Shown piece by piece: positions 38,963 through 54,330 of a stretch of DNA of 64,000 bases (position 1 is its first letter; every line of letters starts with the position of its first letter). Where the stretch lies: assembly GCA_951406725.2 (NCBI GenBank), contig OX597821.1:25606001-25670000 (forward strand), written 5' to 3'. A program made the position numbers and the translations under genes. Origin of the DNA: Octopus vulgaris. Its lineage: Eukaryota. The notes under the pieces are model-generated. The model made no database searches, was not told the DNA's origin, and was given only the letters and a program-made list of their open reading frames with translations.

Positions 38963-40762
38963 GTGTGTGGTGTGTGTATGATGCATACATGAGTGTTTGT
39001 CGTTATGTTTATGTTTATACCGATCTAAAACCGGTGTCGTTTATTTGTTTCTTTTCCTGCGGTAGCAGTTCGACAAATAAAAGTCGATAAAATAAGCATC
39101 AGACAGTAATAAATACACATGTCGAAATGATTTGCAAAACCATTGAGGGAGGTATTCCAACATGTAGCAAAACGAAAAAAATATAAATTCACACGTTTTC
39201 AATGTGGCATGTGTGTGTCAACACTTCAGGGTGGATTTCATTTATTGCCAATATTAAGTAAATTTATAAAACATAGTATATCTAAGCTTCTATTCGAAGT
39301 GACATTAGGGTCGAGGAAATACAACGTAAAGAAAATAAATTGAGAGAAGAAAAAGTAAACAAATTTCGGTGCGAATAAATCATCACGGGGTACATAAAAC
39401 ATATTTACACCGGGTGAAGAAGACCTGTAGCGGATTGTTAAATAGTGTTTACTAAAGTCCATTTGACATTTCTGTGTGTACGTGTGTGTGCGTGTGCGAG
39501 TGTGTGTGTGTGTGTTTGTGTGTGTGATCAGCTGCTGGTATGTAAGTATGCTTATAAACAGATCCACTGGCCCGGATTAAAAATTAAGGGCACAAGACGG
39601 AGTGAGGGAACCAGTTTTATTTTTCTTTCTTTTGCAGTTTCGGATTTCCTATGTTGTGACTGAACCAGACCTCTACAAAAATAATAATAATAACAGAAAA
39701 AAAAACGAAACGTTGTGCAATTTGTATTTTCCCCTGTTATCCTGGTTGGAATAAATAATTTAAAAAAAAAAAAGACAACCCATTTAAAGGTTGTCATGTG
39801 CTGTGTTTCAAAGAAAAACGAATTTTAGATCCATTATTTCAAAGTCACCATTTATTTCTGAATGTCTTGCGAGTCAGGGAAGGGTTGAGGGTCACCTTCG
39901 CTGGGTTTCGCTTAGGGGCATTTGGCTCTGCTTGTAACATACAGTCGTTTTAATAAGTCATCATACTGATCAATAGATTTATACTCGTTTATTTATTTTT
40001 ATTTTTCTAATAATATAAAAGTAAATAGTCAGAATAAGAGAAGTGTGTGTTTCCGCCTTTGTGTAAGGATCTGTGTGTTTAATTGTCGAAGCGGAAGGTA
40101 GTATTGCGATTCGATTTCAAATCCTAGTTTGATCCTCTTACCCTCCTGTCAAAATGTTGGGTTGTATATAATGAATATGTATATGTGTGTGTGTGTGTGT
40201 GTAATATAACAGGAAATTACTCACAGATTCTGGTTAGTAAAATAAGAGCCAACGACCGAATGTCTGATAGAATGTAATCTCAGCCGGTTGAAATGATGTT
40301 GTTTGTATGAGAACAGACACAGGGACAATGTCAGAGAAAGGGGGGAGACGCAGAGATAGTGTATGAGAGAAAGAGAGAGAGGGGGAGGGAGGGAAGAAAC
40401 ACAGGGGCAGTGTGAAAGAGAGAAACAAAGACAACGTGAGAGAAATGGGGGGCGGGGGTGACACAGGAACAGTGTGAGGAAGAAAGAAACACATCGACAG
40501 AATGTGATAGAATGGTTGTCTGAAAACATACCTCTACTTTTAGACTCTACGTTTTTACGTCTTTTGCTTGCTTACCTTGTCTAACATGTTTCTTTTCATA
40601 TTCTCTATCTAGCTATCTATACGTCCATGTATCACCTCGCGTCAACACTTTCTTTATTTCAGTTTTCCATATAATCTTCTTGTAGTAAATTAACTAGATT
40701 TTCTATTTCATTTTTACATGCGTACAGAAAGACAGACACACAGATAGGTAGAATGATAGATT

Positions 40763-40798
<36 letters not shown>

Positions 40799-40900
40799 CA
40801 TGGATAGATGGATGGACGGACGGACTGACGGACGGACAGACGGACGGGCGGGCGGCAGATATAGGCTATCTACTTCGGTCTGTCTCTTACCCTATACATA
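38200..40900. promoter_or_regulatory. TE-poor, CpG-richer island (candidate enhancer or internal promoter)
   Basis: CG dinucleotides are visibly more frequent than in the flanks, the sequence is unique, there is no convincing ORF and no SINE/LINE insertion was recognised. Confidence 0.35.
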
Positions 40901-41045
40901 GTTCTTCCTCATAGAATTCCCCTGTCTCTCTCTTTCTGTGTAGCCAAAGTTGTTTCCTGTTCATACTGCTCTCCTCATTCGTTATTTATTCACCATGTTC
41001 TATATTTTTAGATCTGATTTCTAACTATTTTTCCCTCTTCTTTCC

Positions 41046-41090
<45 letters not shown>

Positions 41091-41221
41091 AAAAATTAGA
41101 GAATCACCATGTAGCAACTCAACAATGATATATATGTATAAGTATATATATTTATATATATATATATATATACTCTTTTACTTGTTTCAGTCATTTGACT
41201 GCGGCCATGCTGGAGCACCGC

Positions 41222-41289
<68 letters not shown>

Positions 41290-41299
41290 ATATATATAT

Positions 41300-42730
41300 T
41301 TTTAAGTTTCAGCCCAGAGCTGCAGCCATGCTGATGCACAACTGTTTTGCGCTACACTGTTATTACTAAGAGCCTCCTCCAATATGTGGCACTTGATGAA
41401 GAATGGAGTTTGATATAGCTACCCCCATTTGCACCTCTTGCCATGAGGTAGGCTCATCTGGGACTCTTGACATGAAGAGGTCCAGCTTTGATTTAAAAAC
41501 TCCTACATCTACTTTGTGCAAGTTCCTCTGACTCTTTGGGAGAATATTAAAAAGCTGTGGTCCCTTGAAACCCAGGCTGTTGCAGTAACTGGTCCTGAAG
41601 TGTAATGGCATTGCTGGGATCTTTGGCACTATGCAGTGTCATCCCGTTCTGACATTGGTGTAGCTTTCAATGCCAAAATTTGGCACAATTCCTTCCAGGA
41701 TCTTCCAAATATATATTACTGCATACCTCTCCCGTCTTCTCTCCAGGGAGTAGAGTCTTAGCTGTTTTAACCTTTCCCAGTAGCTGAGCTGTTGCAAAGA
41801 GACGATCTTCTTTGTGAATCTTCTCTGGATTGCTTCAAGGTCCGCTGTTAATTTCACACTGGTGGGTGACCATTGTTGTGAGCAGTAATCCAGGCGGCTG
41901 AGGATGAATGTCCGCCAGAGGACCATCATGGTTTCCTTATCTCTGGTTCTGAATGTTCTTAGGATCCATCTAGCCAGTCTGCACTTCGTCGCTATCCTGG
42001 TAATGTGGACTTGGAAAGAGGTATCATCACTCATGTCAATACCCAGGTCCCTCACTGACTTAGGTTCTGGGATTGAAATTCCCTGTGGACCGGTGTACCC
42101 TGTAGGTTTAATATTCAGTTTCGGATGCTGGTAGTGCAGGGCCTGGAATTTTTCAGCATTAAACTGCATATTATTATCGTCAGCCCATCTGTAAATTGAG
42201 TCTAACTCCTGCTGCAGGTGTGCAACATCGCTGGGGTTCTGTATTTTCTGCGAGACTTTCGTATCATCTGCATAGCTTGCCAGAATGGCTATCCGGCTAT
42301 CCGGGCATTTGAGAGGGCCACTATAAAAAGCAGTGGTCCCAAAACAGTGCCCTGTGGAACATCATTCACTACTTATGTGTTCATAGAGGTGGCTCCATTA
42401 GCCACTACTGCCTGACTCCTATCTTTCAGGAAGTCATGTAACCACTCTCCAAGTTTTCCAGCTATGCCAAGGTCATGCAGTTTGTGGCATATCATACCAT
42501 GATCCACATTGTCAAAAGTTTTTCCAAAATCAAGGTATATTACGTCCACATTTGATTTGTTGAGTTACTGTCTCAACACCCAGTCATAATGTTGTAAGAG
42601 CTGAGTCCGGCAGCTCCTACCTGGTCGAAAACCATGTTGGGTATCACTCAGCAAGTTATTTTCTTCAAGGAATGCAATTAGTTTCCCTCTGACTATACGT
42701 TCCATGATTTTGCTGATGTGTGATGTCAGA
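41300..42730 (-). mobile_element. CR1-group LINE, 3' part of the RT ORF (degenerate)
   Basis: [69 protein letters not shown] and GPQLFNILP motifs. Confidence 0.9.
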
Positions 42731-42739
42731 GAGAGAGGC

Positions 42740-44225
<1,486 letters not shown>

Positions 44226-45632
44226 GTGTGGCAGGTGACTTCAATGGACATGTTGGATGGCATGTCGGGGGCTTCCATAGCATACATGGAGGCTACTGTT
44301 TTGGTTCTCGCAATGAGGAGGGAACCAGGCTGCTGGAGTTCTGCGATGCAAATGACCTTATGGTTTGCAATACCAACTTCAGGAAACCAACCTCTCACCG
44401 TTCTGGCAGACACACTAGCCAGATTGACTACATCCTTGCCAGAAAGAGGGAAAGAGGGCTGCTTATAAATGCCAAAGCCTTCCCGGGCGAAGAATGAAGT
44501 CCTCAACATAGATTAGTAGTTAGTGACTTCAGGATCAGGGCTAAATGGCTGCCCAGAAGAAGACCAGCTTGGAGGAGAAGGGTCTGGAAGCTTAAAGATC
44601 CTGCAAATGGACAGAGATTTAGAGACGTACTACTCAAAGTCTTCGATGAAATAGAAGGGGATATAGCTTCACATAATGTGGAAGAAAACTGGAGATTTCT
44701 ATGGGACAATCTGCTGACAGCTACTGACCAGATCTGTGGATGGAGCAAAGTCCCATCTCGACCCAAGGTAACGTGGTGGTGGAACAATGTGGTTGACAGG
44801 GCTATTAGACAAAAGAAACAGGCTTGGAGGGACTGGAAGAATGGAGGTAGCAGGGAATTGTATCAGACTGCCAGAAGGGAAGCTAGGAGACAGGTTTATT
44901 TAGCCAGAGGGGAAGCAGATAAGAAAAAATTTGCCAATGTTCTGTGCCGTGAGGACGAAAGACTTGAGGTATTTCGTGTAGCAAGACAGTGTGTGAGAGA
45001 GAATCGTGATGTGGTAGGAGAGAAATGTGTTCACATGGATGATGGTTCACTTGCGCTAAATGAGGATGCAAAGAGAGAGCTTTGGAGATGCCACTATGAA
45101 AGGTTGCTGAATAAAGAAAATGAATGGGATAAAGAGAGTCTGCTGAATGTCGACCCAACAGAGGGACCAGCTGTCCAAGTTGACAGTTCTTTGGTAGTTA
45201 AGGCAATTAGAAGCATGAAGATAGGGAAAGCCTCAGGCCCATCAGGAATTACTGCAGAGATGCTCAAAATATCTGGCAGTATCGGCTATGGCCTAGTCAC
45301 CCGTATAGTTAACCAGGTGATACACGAAGGAGTCATACCCAATGACTGGTGTAGCAGCATAATAGTCAACTGCTACAAAGGTAAAGGTGACGCCCTTGAT
45401 ACAAATAATTACTGAGGTATCAAGCTGTTGGATCAGGTGATGAAGGTTACGGAGAGGGTCATAGTCCAACTGATTAGGGAGAGAGTCAACTTGGACGAGA
45501 TGCAGTTTGGTTTCGTGCCAGGGAAAAGCACCACTGATGCCATATTTCTGGTGAGACAGCTGCAGGAGAAATACCTAGCCAAAGTTAAACCTCTGTACCT
45601 GGCTTTCGTTGACATGGAGAAAGCCTTTGACA
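44226..45632 (+). mobile_element. RTE-clade LINE fragment (endonuclease C-terminus to RT N-terminus)
   Basis: [55 protein letters not shown] and AFVDMEKAFD motifs, with few stops. Confidence 0.95.
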
Positions 45633-45693
45633 TGATTGATTAATTAAAAGCATTGTGAATAGATAAGCATAATCTGAGTGATAAAGGGGTTAA

Positions 45694-45900
45694 CCCCTTC
45701 ATTACCATTTATTCTGAAATATACTGCCTTTTTAATTAATTTTTAAAATAATGAAGAATCTATTAAAATAACTTTGATTATTAAGCTATTGTTTCAAACA
45801 TATATCAACATAAAATTTTGTTGGAAGGTTTTAATTCAGATCGTTTTAAAACAGGAATTTGTCATATCATAGAATCAAGGGCAGGTTGGGAGCAAAAGGG
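45694..45900. mobile_element. piggyBac-like MITE
   Basis: TTAA-CCCCTT ... AAAAGGG-TTAA termini; related copies at ~3550-3710, ~48560-48770 and ~53654-54000. Confidence 0.7.
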
Positions 45901-46234
45901 TTAAAGCAGGATTTTTTTTTTCATCCATTAGAAATGGGGAAAGGCATTGCCCTTAGCTCCTTTTCACCTGGTCTGAGACTGGTGGGTTGAAGGGAAGGAG
46001 AAAGTTACCCTCAAACTGGATGCATTAACCAAAATGTTTACTACAAAATAGATTCAGCTGAAGCAACTCAATGTACCAAGTGGTGATGTTAAGCCAGGTA
46101 ACAGATTAAGACCATCATTGTAGAGTTAGTGCCGGATGTATACAGTCAGTGAGAAACAGATGTCATTGCAGTAAGAGTTTAGAAAAAGGACAACTCATAA
46201 AAGAAACTATAGTATGAGCAGTTTTATATATTAC

Positions 46235-47047
46235 AAGTATAAGTACCTTGAGAGAAAAGTTGGACCTAAGAAGCATCAGATGTGGTGTGCAAGAGAGACG
46301 ACTGCGCTGGTATGGTCATGTGGTGAGAATGGATGAGAATAGCTGTGTGAAAAAGTGCCACACCCTAGCAGTTGAGGGAACCTGTGGAAGAGGTAGACCC
46401 AGGAAGACCTGGGATGAGGTGGTGAAGCACGACCTTCGAACTTTAGGCCTTACCAAGGAAATGACTAGTGACCGAGACTTTTGGAAATATGCTGTGCTTG
46501 AGAAGACCCGGCAAGCCAAATGAGACCATAACCTCGTGGCCTATGCCAGGAGTGTAACCAGCCCGCTTATGCATACCTTTCTTTCTTTGGACACTAAACT
46601 CTGCTTGCAAAGACCTATTAAGGCAAGTGAAATCAAAATCAAATTCGATGACTGGCATCCATGCTAGTGGGGCACAAAGAGCACCATCTGAGCGTGATTG
46701 TTGACAGAGTGGCTAACTGGCTTCCGTGCCAGTGGCACGTAAAAGGCACCATTCGAGCATGATTGTTACCAGCATCGCCTTACTGGCACTAGTGCTGGTG
46801 GCACGTGAAAAAACATTTGAGCGAGGTCGTTGCCAGTACCGCCTGACTGGCCTCCTTGCCGGTGCACGCAAAAGCACCCACTACACTCTCAGAGTGGTTG
46901 GCGTTAGGAAGGGCATCTAGCTGTAGAAACTCTGCCAGATCAAGATTGGAGCCTGATGCAGCCATCTGGTTCGCCAGCCCTCAGTCAAATCTTCCAACCC
47001 ATGCTAGCATGGAAAGCAGATGTTAAACGATGATGATGATGATGATG
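46235..47047 (+). mobile_element. RTE-clade LINE 3' end (ORF end, 3' UTR, (GAT)n tail)
   Basis: LREKLDLRSIRCGVQERRLRWYGHV..VEGTCGRGRPRKTW; the 3' UTR ends CATGCTAGCATGGAAAGCAGATGTTAAAC(GAT)n. Confidence 0.92.
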
Positions 47048-47689
47048 AAGTATATAAAGATGCTTTAGATGCTATTTGTTTTGTACATCCCACATACACA
47101 GTTTCAGATTTGTGAACTGTATACTCTGTATATTGATATAGGTTAAATCTGTATTCTGTAATGTGCTCTGCATTAAGAGTACAAATGACAAAATAGTGAA
47201 AAGTTAGTGGACAGTAAACTGGGAGGTTTGCAGTTCACGTTTTGTCACCAGCACTTCACCTTTAGAAGCTCACCTTAGGTTGAATTACAACTGATGATGA
47301 CCTTTGGATTTAACAAATGATTCATTAGCTTATATTCTTGAATTCAATCCCACCTAAAGTAGATTGACTCTTCATATCCAGGAACAGTTGTATCTTTTAT
47401 TCACTCATCTCTACATGAAACAAAATAAACGTAAGGCTGAAGGTTTCTCAGTTTACATCTGAGGAGGAAGTCTGGTCTCATTTATGTATAACCTTCATTG
47501 TTTTAGTGTTTTCTTTTCTATACTTGTATGGATCAGACAGAATTTGTTGGGGTAGATTCTGTATGACCAAATACCCTTCCTGTCATTTTAAGGTGATGAT
47601 TTAACACACACCTTTTTATTATTATCCTTCATGATTTACTTTGAGTATCAGTGGATACAATAAATTGTAGAGATCTTTTTGTTTCTCCA

Positions 47690-48290
47690 AAGCAATGCTC
47701 ATATGACCCATACTGATACTGATTTTGAACTACTAGCTAATTCTTTTCATGATGCACAATATCTCTTGATTTCCCTTTGAGATAGCAGCAAACTATGTTG
47801 AGCTCTACCTGAATGATTTAAAAAATAATACATTCAACTGTGTCATCAGCAAAAGATACATTTACAAATTAAAATCTTAAGTGACAATTTTATGAACTGT
47901 GAGGATGATTTAAAATAGCTAGGCTCATATGTAATGAAGTCAGAAAAGGATTTTCTCATTCCGAAGATCATGACATGGTCGCCTTGCAGTAAACTGATCA
48001 ATGTTTGGACATCTGATTTAAGCTGATCATTTAAAATCATTAGCTTTCATACTTTCATTAAGTCAGTTCACTCTTATATCTCAGAGACACTTCCCACAAG
48101 ACTTCAAAAACGATAAGCTGGTAGCTTTGTTTGATTTATATGTAGAGTACAAAATCTTTTAAGGAAAACTCATCCAACACTAAAACAAATTTATGGGACT
48201 TTTCTTTATCTTCCAAACAGTAGGCAGCATAGAGTACAATTTACTGGGAACTGCTCTGCAGTAAAAGACAGCCTAAAGTCACCATTTTTT
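47690..48290 (+). mobile_element. Ancient RTE-like LINE RT relic (different family)
   Basis: Degenerate translation: TDTDF..LLANSFHDAQYLL; DL(K)*LGSYVMKSEKDFLI.KIMTWS.CSKLINVWTSDL. Confidence 0.6.
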
Positions 48291-50210
48291 TCTTTGGAGA
48301 CCTTTGTTCAGCTGGTGGAAAAGTCATAGGCTCTCTATCCAGGTGTCATCACAGGAAATTTGGGATACCTGGTGGGAGACTTTGATGGGGTGATGCAGGT
48401 TAATGAGTTTCAGACACAAATTTTGAAGTCTGTTATGATGATGAGACATTAATATTATAAATATTCACATAAGGTTGAGATCCACCATGGCCTTGGCCAT
48501 GCTGGCTAAAACAAAATAAAGAACTGAGTCTAAAGATTAGAACTGAAAAGTAAAATATATTTAACCCTTTCATGATCATATTTCTATTGAAATTCACTGT
48601 TAACAAAACAACCATCTTGTTCTAATTATTCAGCTGCTCTTTTGAACATAATTTGATGAAAGGTTCTTACATAAAATTGAGTTTTAATCTAAATAAAATT
48701 ACATTAAAACAAGGTACATTGAATCATCATAGTGCCAGATGTAGTCTCAGGTAGAATATTATCAAAAGGATTTCAAATGTCAATCTAATTTGGCACCTGT
48801 TCCCTAAAGCTAGGTAAAGTGCAGCAATGAGAAGTAGGTATACAGTTGGGATTGAACTTGAAACTTATGCATCCCATATTATATTCACATTATTATTTCA
48901 GTTCTACTGACCACAGTACAGCTGTTCAACTGAAAACACTAATTATTATCTTCTCTTCTATACTCTATTTTGTTCCTAACAAAAATGTCATTTGAACTTC
49001 CATGAAACTATTCACTACTGAGACAGTTCTTATTGGCATTGTTATCACTAGTATCATCATCTTCACCACCACCATTACTTTTGTTAGTAGTACCACCACC
49101 ATCATTTTCACAACCACTGCTATCACTATCTTCCCTATCTCATCACCATTGCAACCGTCACCGTCTATCATTTAGACCTACAGTGTTTTCTTCAGTTATT
49201 GTCTACAAACAATACTTTTGATCTATTTATGGTTACAAAAGTCCTGCTGAAGCAGCAATCTTTCTACAATAAACTGTCAAGATCACAAAGTAATGCACTT
49301 TACATCATCACAGGCTGGATACAGACCACCTGTACAAAAAATTTTTTTAAATACTGAACATGAAAGACAACCCAGACATGTAAAAGACAGTTTATTGCTG
49401 CTGCAAGCTTCAACGTTCACAGTGCTTGCTACTACCTGTATTAATCAGCTCACTAACTAACAAGTACAACCACAACCAAAACACCTCTGGAACACTACTA
49501 CAATGCCATATTCCCCCCCACCCCCAGTCCAAGCCCTATGATAAAACTTCCAAAACTTTACTATAACTCCATCTCTTCTTCAGATCATCACCTCTCCTGC
49601 CCAGTCAAGATGCTGCAATAACAACTCTCTCACCCAGACCAAACACTATCTTTTATCTTTCACTGGTCTCAGTTAATACGCTGTGGCCATGCTGGGGCAC
49701 CACCTTGAAGGGTTTTAGTCAAACAAATCACCCCAGAATTTTCTTTTTTACGCCTGGTACTTCTTCTGTCAGTCTCATTTGCCAAACATACCAGCACCAG
49801 TTATCAAGCTGTGGTATGGGACAAACCTGAATACAAAGACACAGGCACACATAGATATATACCTCATCCTCATCATCATCATCACCATCATCATCATCAT
49901 TGTTCTTGTCGTCATTTAATGTCCACTTTTCCAGGCATGCACTGGCAAGGGGTCGATGAAGTTTATTTGAGGCAAATTTACTACAGCCAGATGCCCTTCC
50001 AGTCACCATTCCTCTTCTGTTTCCAAGCAAAGTAATATTTCCTCAGGGTCAGACATGTTCTTTCAGGATATTGGAAATCAATGACACTAACTGTATGAAA
50101 GTCACACTCATTTACAACTATCACACGATATGAAGACAAGATCACACACACACCAAAGCTTTGTGAGTAGATTTAGTGGATGGAAACTGAAAGAAGTTTA
50201 TGTGTATATG

Positions 50211-50257
<47 letters not shown>

Positions 50258-52059
50258 GCCTCCCTGCTTTGGCATCACAAGATTGTTGTAAACAAGTGTT
50301 ACTGTAATGTCAGTGGTGTTCTTTATTTCCTGTACCCTGTGAAAACATATCTGGTCATGAAGAAAGATTACATTACTTGGAAATAGATGAGGGTTTACAA
50401 CAGGAAGAGCATCCAGCTGTAGAAAAATTTGCCGCAACAAATTTCATTTGACTCTTGCAAGCATGGAAAAGTGGGCATTAAAATGATAATGATAGTGCTA
50501 GTGGTGGTGATGATGATCCTGATCATGATGATGATGATGAAACACTTTCATAGGGGGAAACTAGATCAGCAATAGGTTTGTTATCACCAAACACCAATGA
50601 TAAGTTAAGAACAACTGTCACACTTGGACCCAAATCCACTTTGTCTGCCTCTGCTATGGCCACTATTAGAACATACAGAAACTCCACTGGAACTGGCTGA
50701 GCAGGGTGGAATATATAACATACCCAGTCTGCCACACTCTGCCATACTATAGATCAAACAATAAACCAATGTTTGTCAGAGTGAATAGTCTGGATTCTCA
50801 ACTTGGTGAAGATAAATTAAGTGGGCTAAATCTATGGATCACACCTGTTTGCTTAAACAAACTACCTGTATTTTACAGGTGTACTTGATCATAGCCCTTC
50901 TGAGTTTACAGTATAACATCCAGCATAAATAAATTAGGGAACCACTATGTCACAAGAACAGCTTTTATCATTAGCTAGCTTGTTCAGGACTAACCATTGG
51001 TCATCTTGTTCAGGACTAACAAACGCTATATATATATATAGCCAACAAAGGAACATTTATGTCAATCATAGCCAAACTGTGGCCCATGGGACTTCTGAAT
51101 GGCATGCCTAATGAAAGCTAACCTTGAATTCTTTTAGTGGTGCAACCTGCATCATCATGTTGACAAGTAACCCTTGGTAACTTCTTTGATAAGTGCCCTG
51201 TACTTACCATAGAACTTTCATGAGAAAGTACAAATGTTGTTTCCCCATTGCTTTCCTTCACATATTTTTTTTACAAGATACCATCTAGTCAGCTAGATAC
51301 TGACAAGCTTGCTATGATATATGTGTAGGCATTCTGAACATAAATAGCCTGAATAAATATCAAAAGGCATTTATTTTATCAGACAAGCTAATGGTTCTAC
51401 CAAGTCTCTGCTTTAAATTACACCCTATAGGGTGTCTGATGGTCAAAGTTTAACATACATCTACACATGTAGGAGTTAAGGTCTTGACAAAATTTTTGTG
51501 AAAGACTGGCATCGACCCATGTAATGTAAGTCTCCTTTCTTTATGCCACTGATGTTTAGTCAAAGAAAAGGCTACCAACAAATTAAATTACATCCTGCCA
51601 TCTGAAAAATAGTAAGGGTATATTAGATATTGGTTTCAAATTTTGGCTCAAGGCCAGGAATTTTGGGGAAGGATGATAGTTGATTATATCAACCCCAATG
51701 TTCAACTGGTAGTTAATTTATCAACCCCCAAAAGGATGAAAGGCAAAGTTGACCTTAGTGGAATTTGAACCCAGAACATGCTGACAAAATAAATACCGGT
51801 AAGCATTTTGCCCAGTGTGCTAATGATTCTGCCAGTTCACCACCTTAAGGGTATATTAGATATTGTTAATTATGGTTACACTATCTCAGAATAAAAGACA
51901 AGACAGTCACAGCTGGAATACTTCTGTAGGAATTGTTATAATAAGCCCCTACCTACACTGAACCTCTTAGTTTTCATAAAAACAATGATAGGGTAGAATT
52001 GTAGCTTCATAAAATAACTGGTATTATGGTGTATGAATGTCAATAGAGGAAACCAACAA

Positions 52060-52822
52060 CATGATTCTGGGTTCGGTCCCACTACATAGCACCTTGGGAA
52101 AGTGTCTTCTACTATAACCTCAGGCCAAAGCCTTTTGAGTGGATTTGGTAGACAGAAGCTGAGAGCAGCCCATTGTATGTGTGTGTGTGTCTGTCTGTGT
52201 TTGTCCCCCCCACCATCACTTTGACAACCGATGTTGGTGTGTTTATGTCCTCGTAATTTAGTGGTTCAGTAGAAAAAGACTGATAAAATAAGTACTAGGC
52301 TTACAAAGAACAAGTCTTGGGGGCAATTTCTTCGACTAAAAAACCATTTAAGGCATTGCTCCAGCATGGCTGCAGTCAAATGACTGAAAAAAGTAATATA
52401 TATATATTCTTTTATTCTTTTATTTGTTTCAGTCATTTGACTGTGGCTTTGTTGGGGCACCACCTTTAGTTGAAGGAATCACCTCCAGGACATATTCTTT
52501 GTAAGCCTATTACTTATTCTATCGATCTCTTTTGCTGAACTGCTAGGTTACTGGGACATAAACACACCAACATTGGTTGTCAAGCGACAACAGAAGCTGA
52601 AAGCAGCCCTTTGTATGTGTGTGTGTCTTTGTGTCTGTGTGGAGTGACAAACACAGACACACAAGCATATACATATATGTATATATACGACGGGCTTCTT
52701 TCAGTTTCCATCTACCAAATCCACTCACAAGGCTTTGGTCGACTCAAGGCTATTATAGAAGACATTTGCCTAAGGTGCCGTGCAATGAACCTGGAACCAT
52801 GTGGTTGGAAAGCAAGCTTCTT
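52060..52822. mobile_element. Two family-1 SINEs in tail-to-tail inverted orientation (+ 52060-52392, - 52408-52822)
   Basis: ...CAGTCAAATGACTGAAAAAAG is followed after ~20-30 nt by TTGTTTCAGTCATTTGACTG... Confidence 0.85.
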
Positions 52823-52847
52823 ACCACACAGTCACGTCTGCAGCTAT

Positions 52848-52880
<33 letters not shown>

Positions 52881-53243
52881 CTAGCAAAACGCTCCCCCCC
52901 CCCCCGTCCAATGGACAGTACTGAGTTGTCAAACATTTAAGCCAAATTTTCTCAAAACAACTTGTCCGACCATCCCATTTTGTGGTATTATTTCAAGCCA
53001 GCCGGCTTTTTTTGCACAAACTGCTCGTGCATTTTTCTCGCGTACACATAGTATCGATCACAACAGCTGATGCACTTGTACATACAAATACACGTTCTCA
53101 CGGCTTTATCTATCACATTCTCACCTGGAATCGATTTTTGTAATTTTTTCAAGACTTATACAAGCCCTGATACCATCGGTATCTACATATCAAATTTCTG
53201 TGCAATCGGAAGGAGACAGACAGAACGGATTTTATATAATAGA
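52881..53243 (-). mobile_element. Non-autonomous Helitron
   Basis: The minus strand starts A|TCTATTATATAAAA and ends in a GC-rich stretch ...GGGGAGCGTTTTGCTAG|T; no TSD. Confidence 0.7.
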
Positions 53244-54110
53244 TACACACATACATATAAATATACCATTGTCAATCATGAAGATGATTGATGATGCTAT
53301 ATATATGGATATCCCTTACTTTTTATCTCTTTATTCATCAGTCCAGTTATCTAACTACATATCTACCTACTCACAGATCCATCTGTCCTTCCATTTATCT
53401 ATCCATCCATCTGTCTGTCTGTCTATCTCAGACACACCCAAAACATTACAATCTTTCATTTCATGACACAAACCTATTTCATCCTGTAAACTTCATTGAA
53501 CTGATTGCTGCTGACAAAGACCATCCCCAATTTACTTTTTTATTGTCTGTTTGTGTTTCTATAGAGGAGAGGTGTACTACAAGGTTTTCTTTACAACCAT
53601 GTCATTTTTAATTCAGCCCCATATGTAACAGCTTAGATGTACCATAGCTCTAACCCTTTCGATAGCAAACTGCCCTCGGTTTTATGTTCAAACTTCCTAT
53701 TTTACTATGGTCTAAATTAAAATTTTCCTTCAATATTTCATTGCTAATTTATTTTCAAATCTTTAGTGTAATAACAGCAAAGTAATTTATATTATATTAT
53801 TCATTATTATTTTGGGGGTCAATAAAATAAGTACCAGTTGATCACTGGGGATCCATGTAATCGACTTAGCTCCTCCTCCAAAATTGCTGGCCTTGTGCCA
53901 AAATCTAAAGCTATTATATTATTCGTTATTATTCAGTTATTCCCAAAATTAATTAAAATAAAGAGGGTGTATTTCAACAGAAGTATTATAATAACGGGGT
54001 TAAGGGTGAAATATTGACAGAGACTGTTTGGAAACTCATCTCTACTTTTCAAATGTGTATCCAACATGTATATATATACATACATATAATACTTACATCC
54101 ATATATATAC

Positions 54111-54330
54111 TGGCAGAAACGTTAGCATGCCGGGCGAAATGCGTTGCCGTATTTCGTCTGCCGTTACGTTCCGAGTTCAAATTCCGCCCAGGTCAACTTT
54201 GCTTTTCATCCTTTCGGGGTCGATAAATTAAGTACCAGTTACGCACTGGGGTCGATATAATCGACTTAATCCCTTTGTCTGTCCTTGTTTGTCCCCTCTG
54301 TGTTTAGCCCCTTGTGGGTAGTAAAGAAAT
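54111..54330 (+). mobile_element. tRNA-derived SINE family 2 (young copy)
   Basis: TGGCAGAAACG A-box-like and GAGTTCAAATTCC B box; other copies at ~36434-36640 (-), ~51628-51846 (-) and ~57060-57275 (+). Confidence 0.85.

Noticed and set aside
49200-49640. Possible I-clade LINE relic (KLSRSQSNALYIITG), and a CR1-like tail at ~58450-58750
   Set aside because: Too degraded to support as features without a search.
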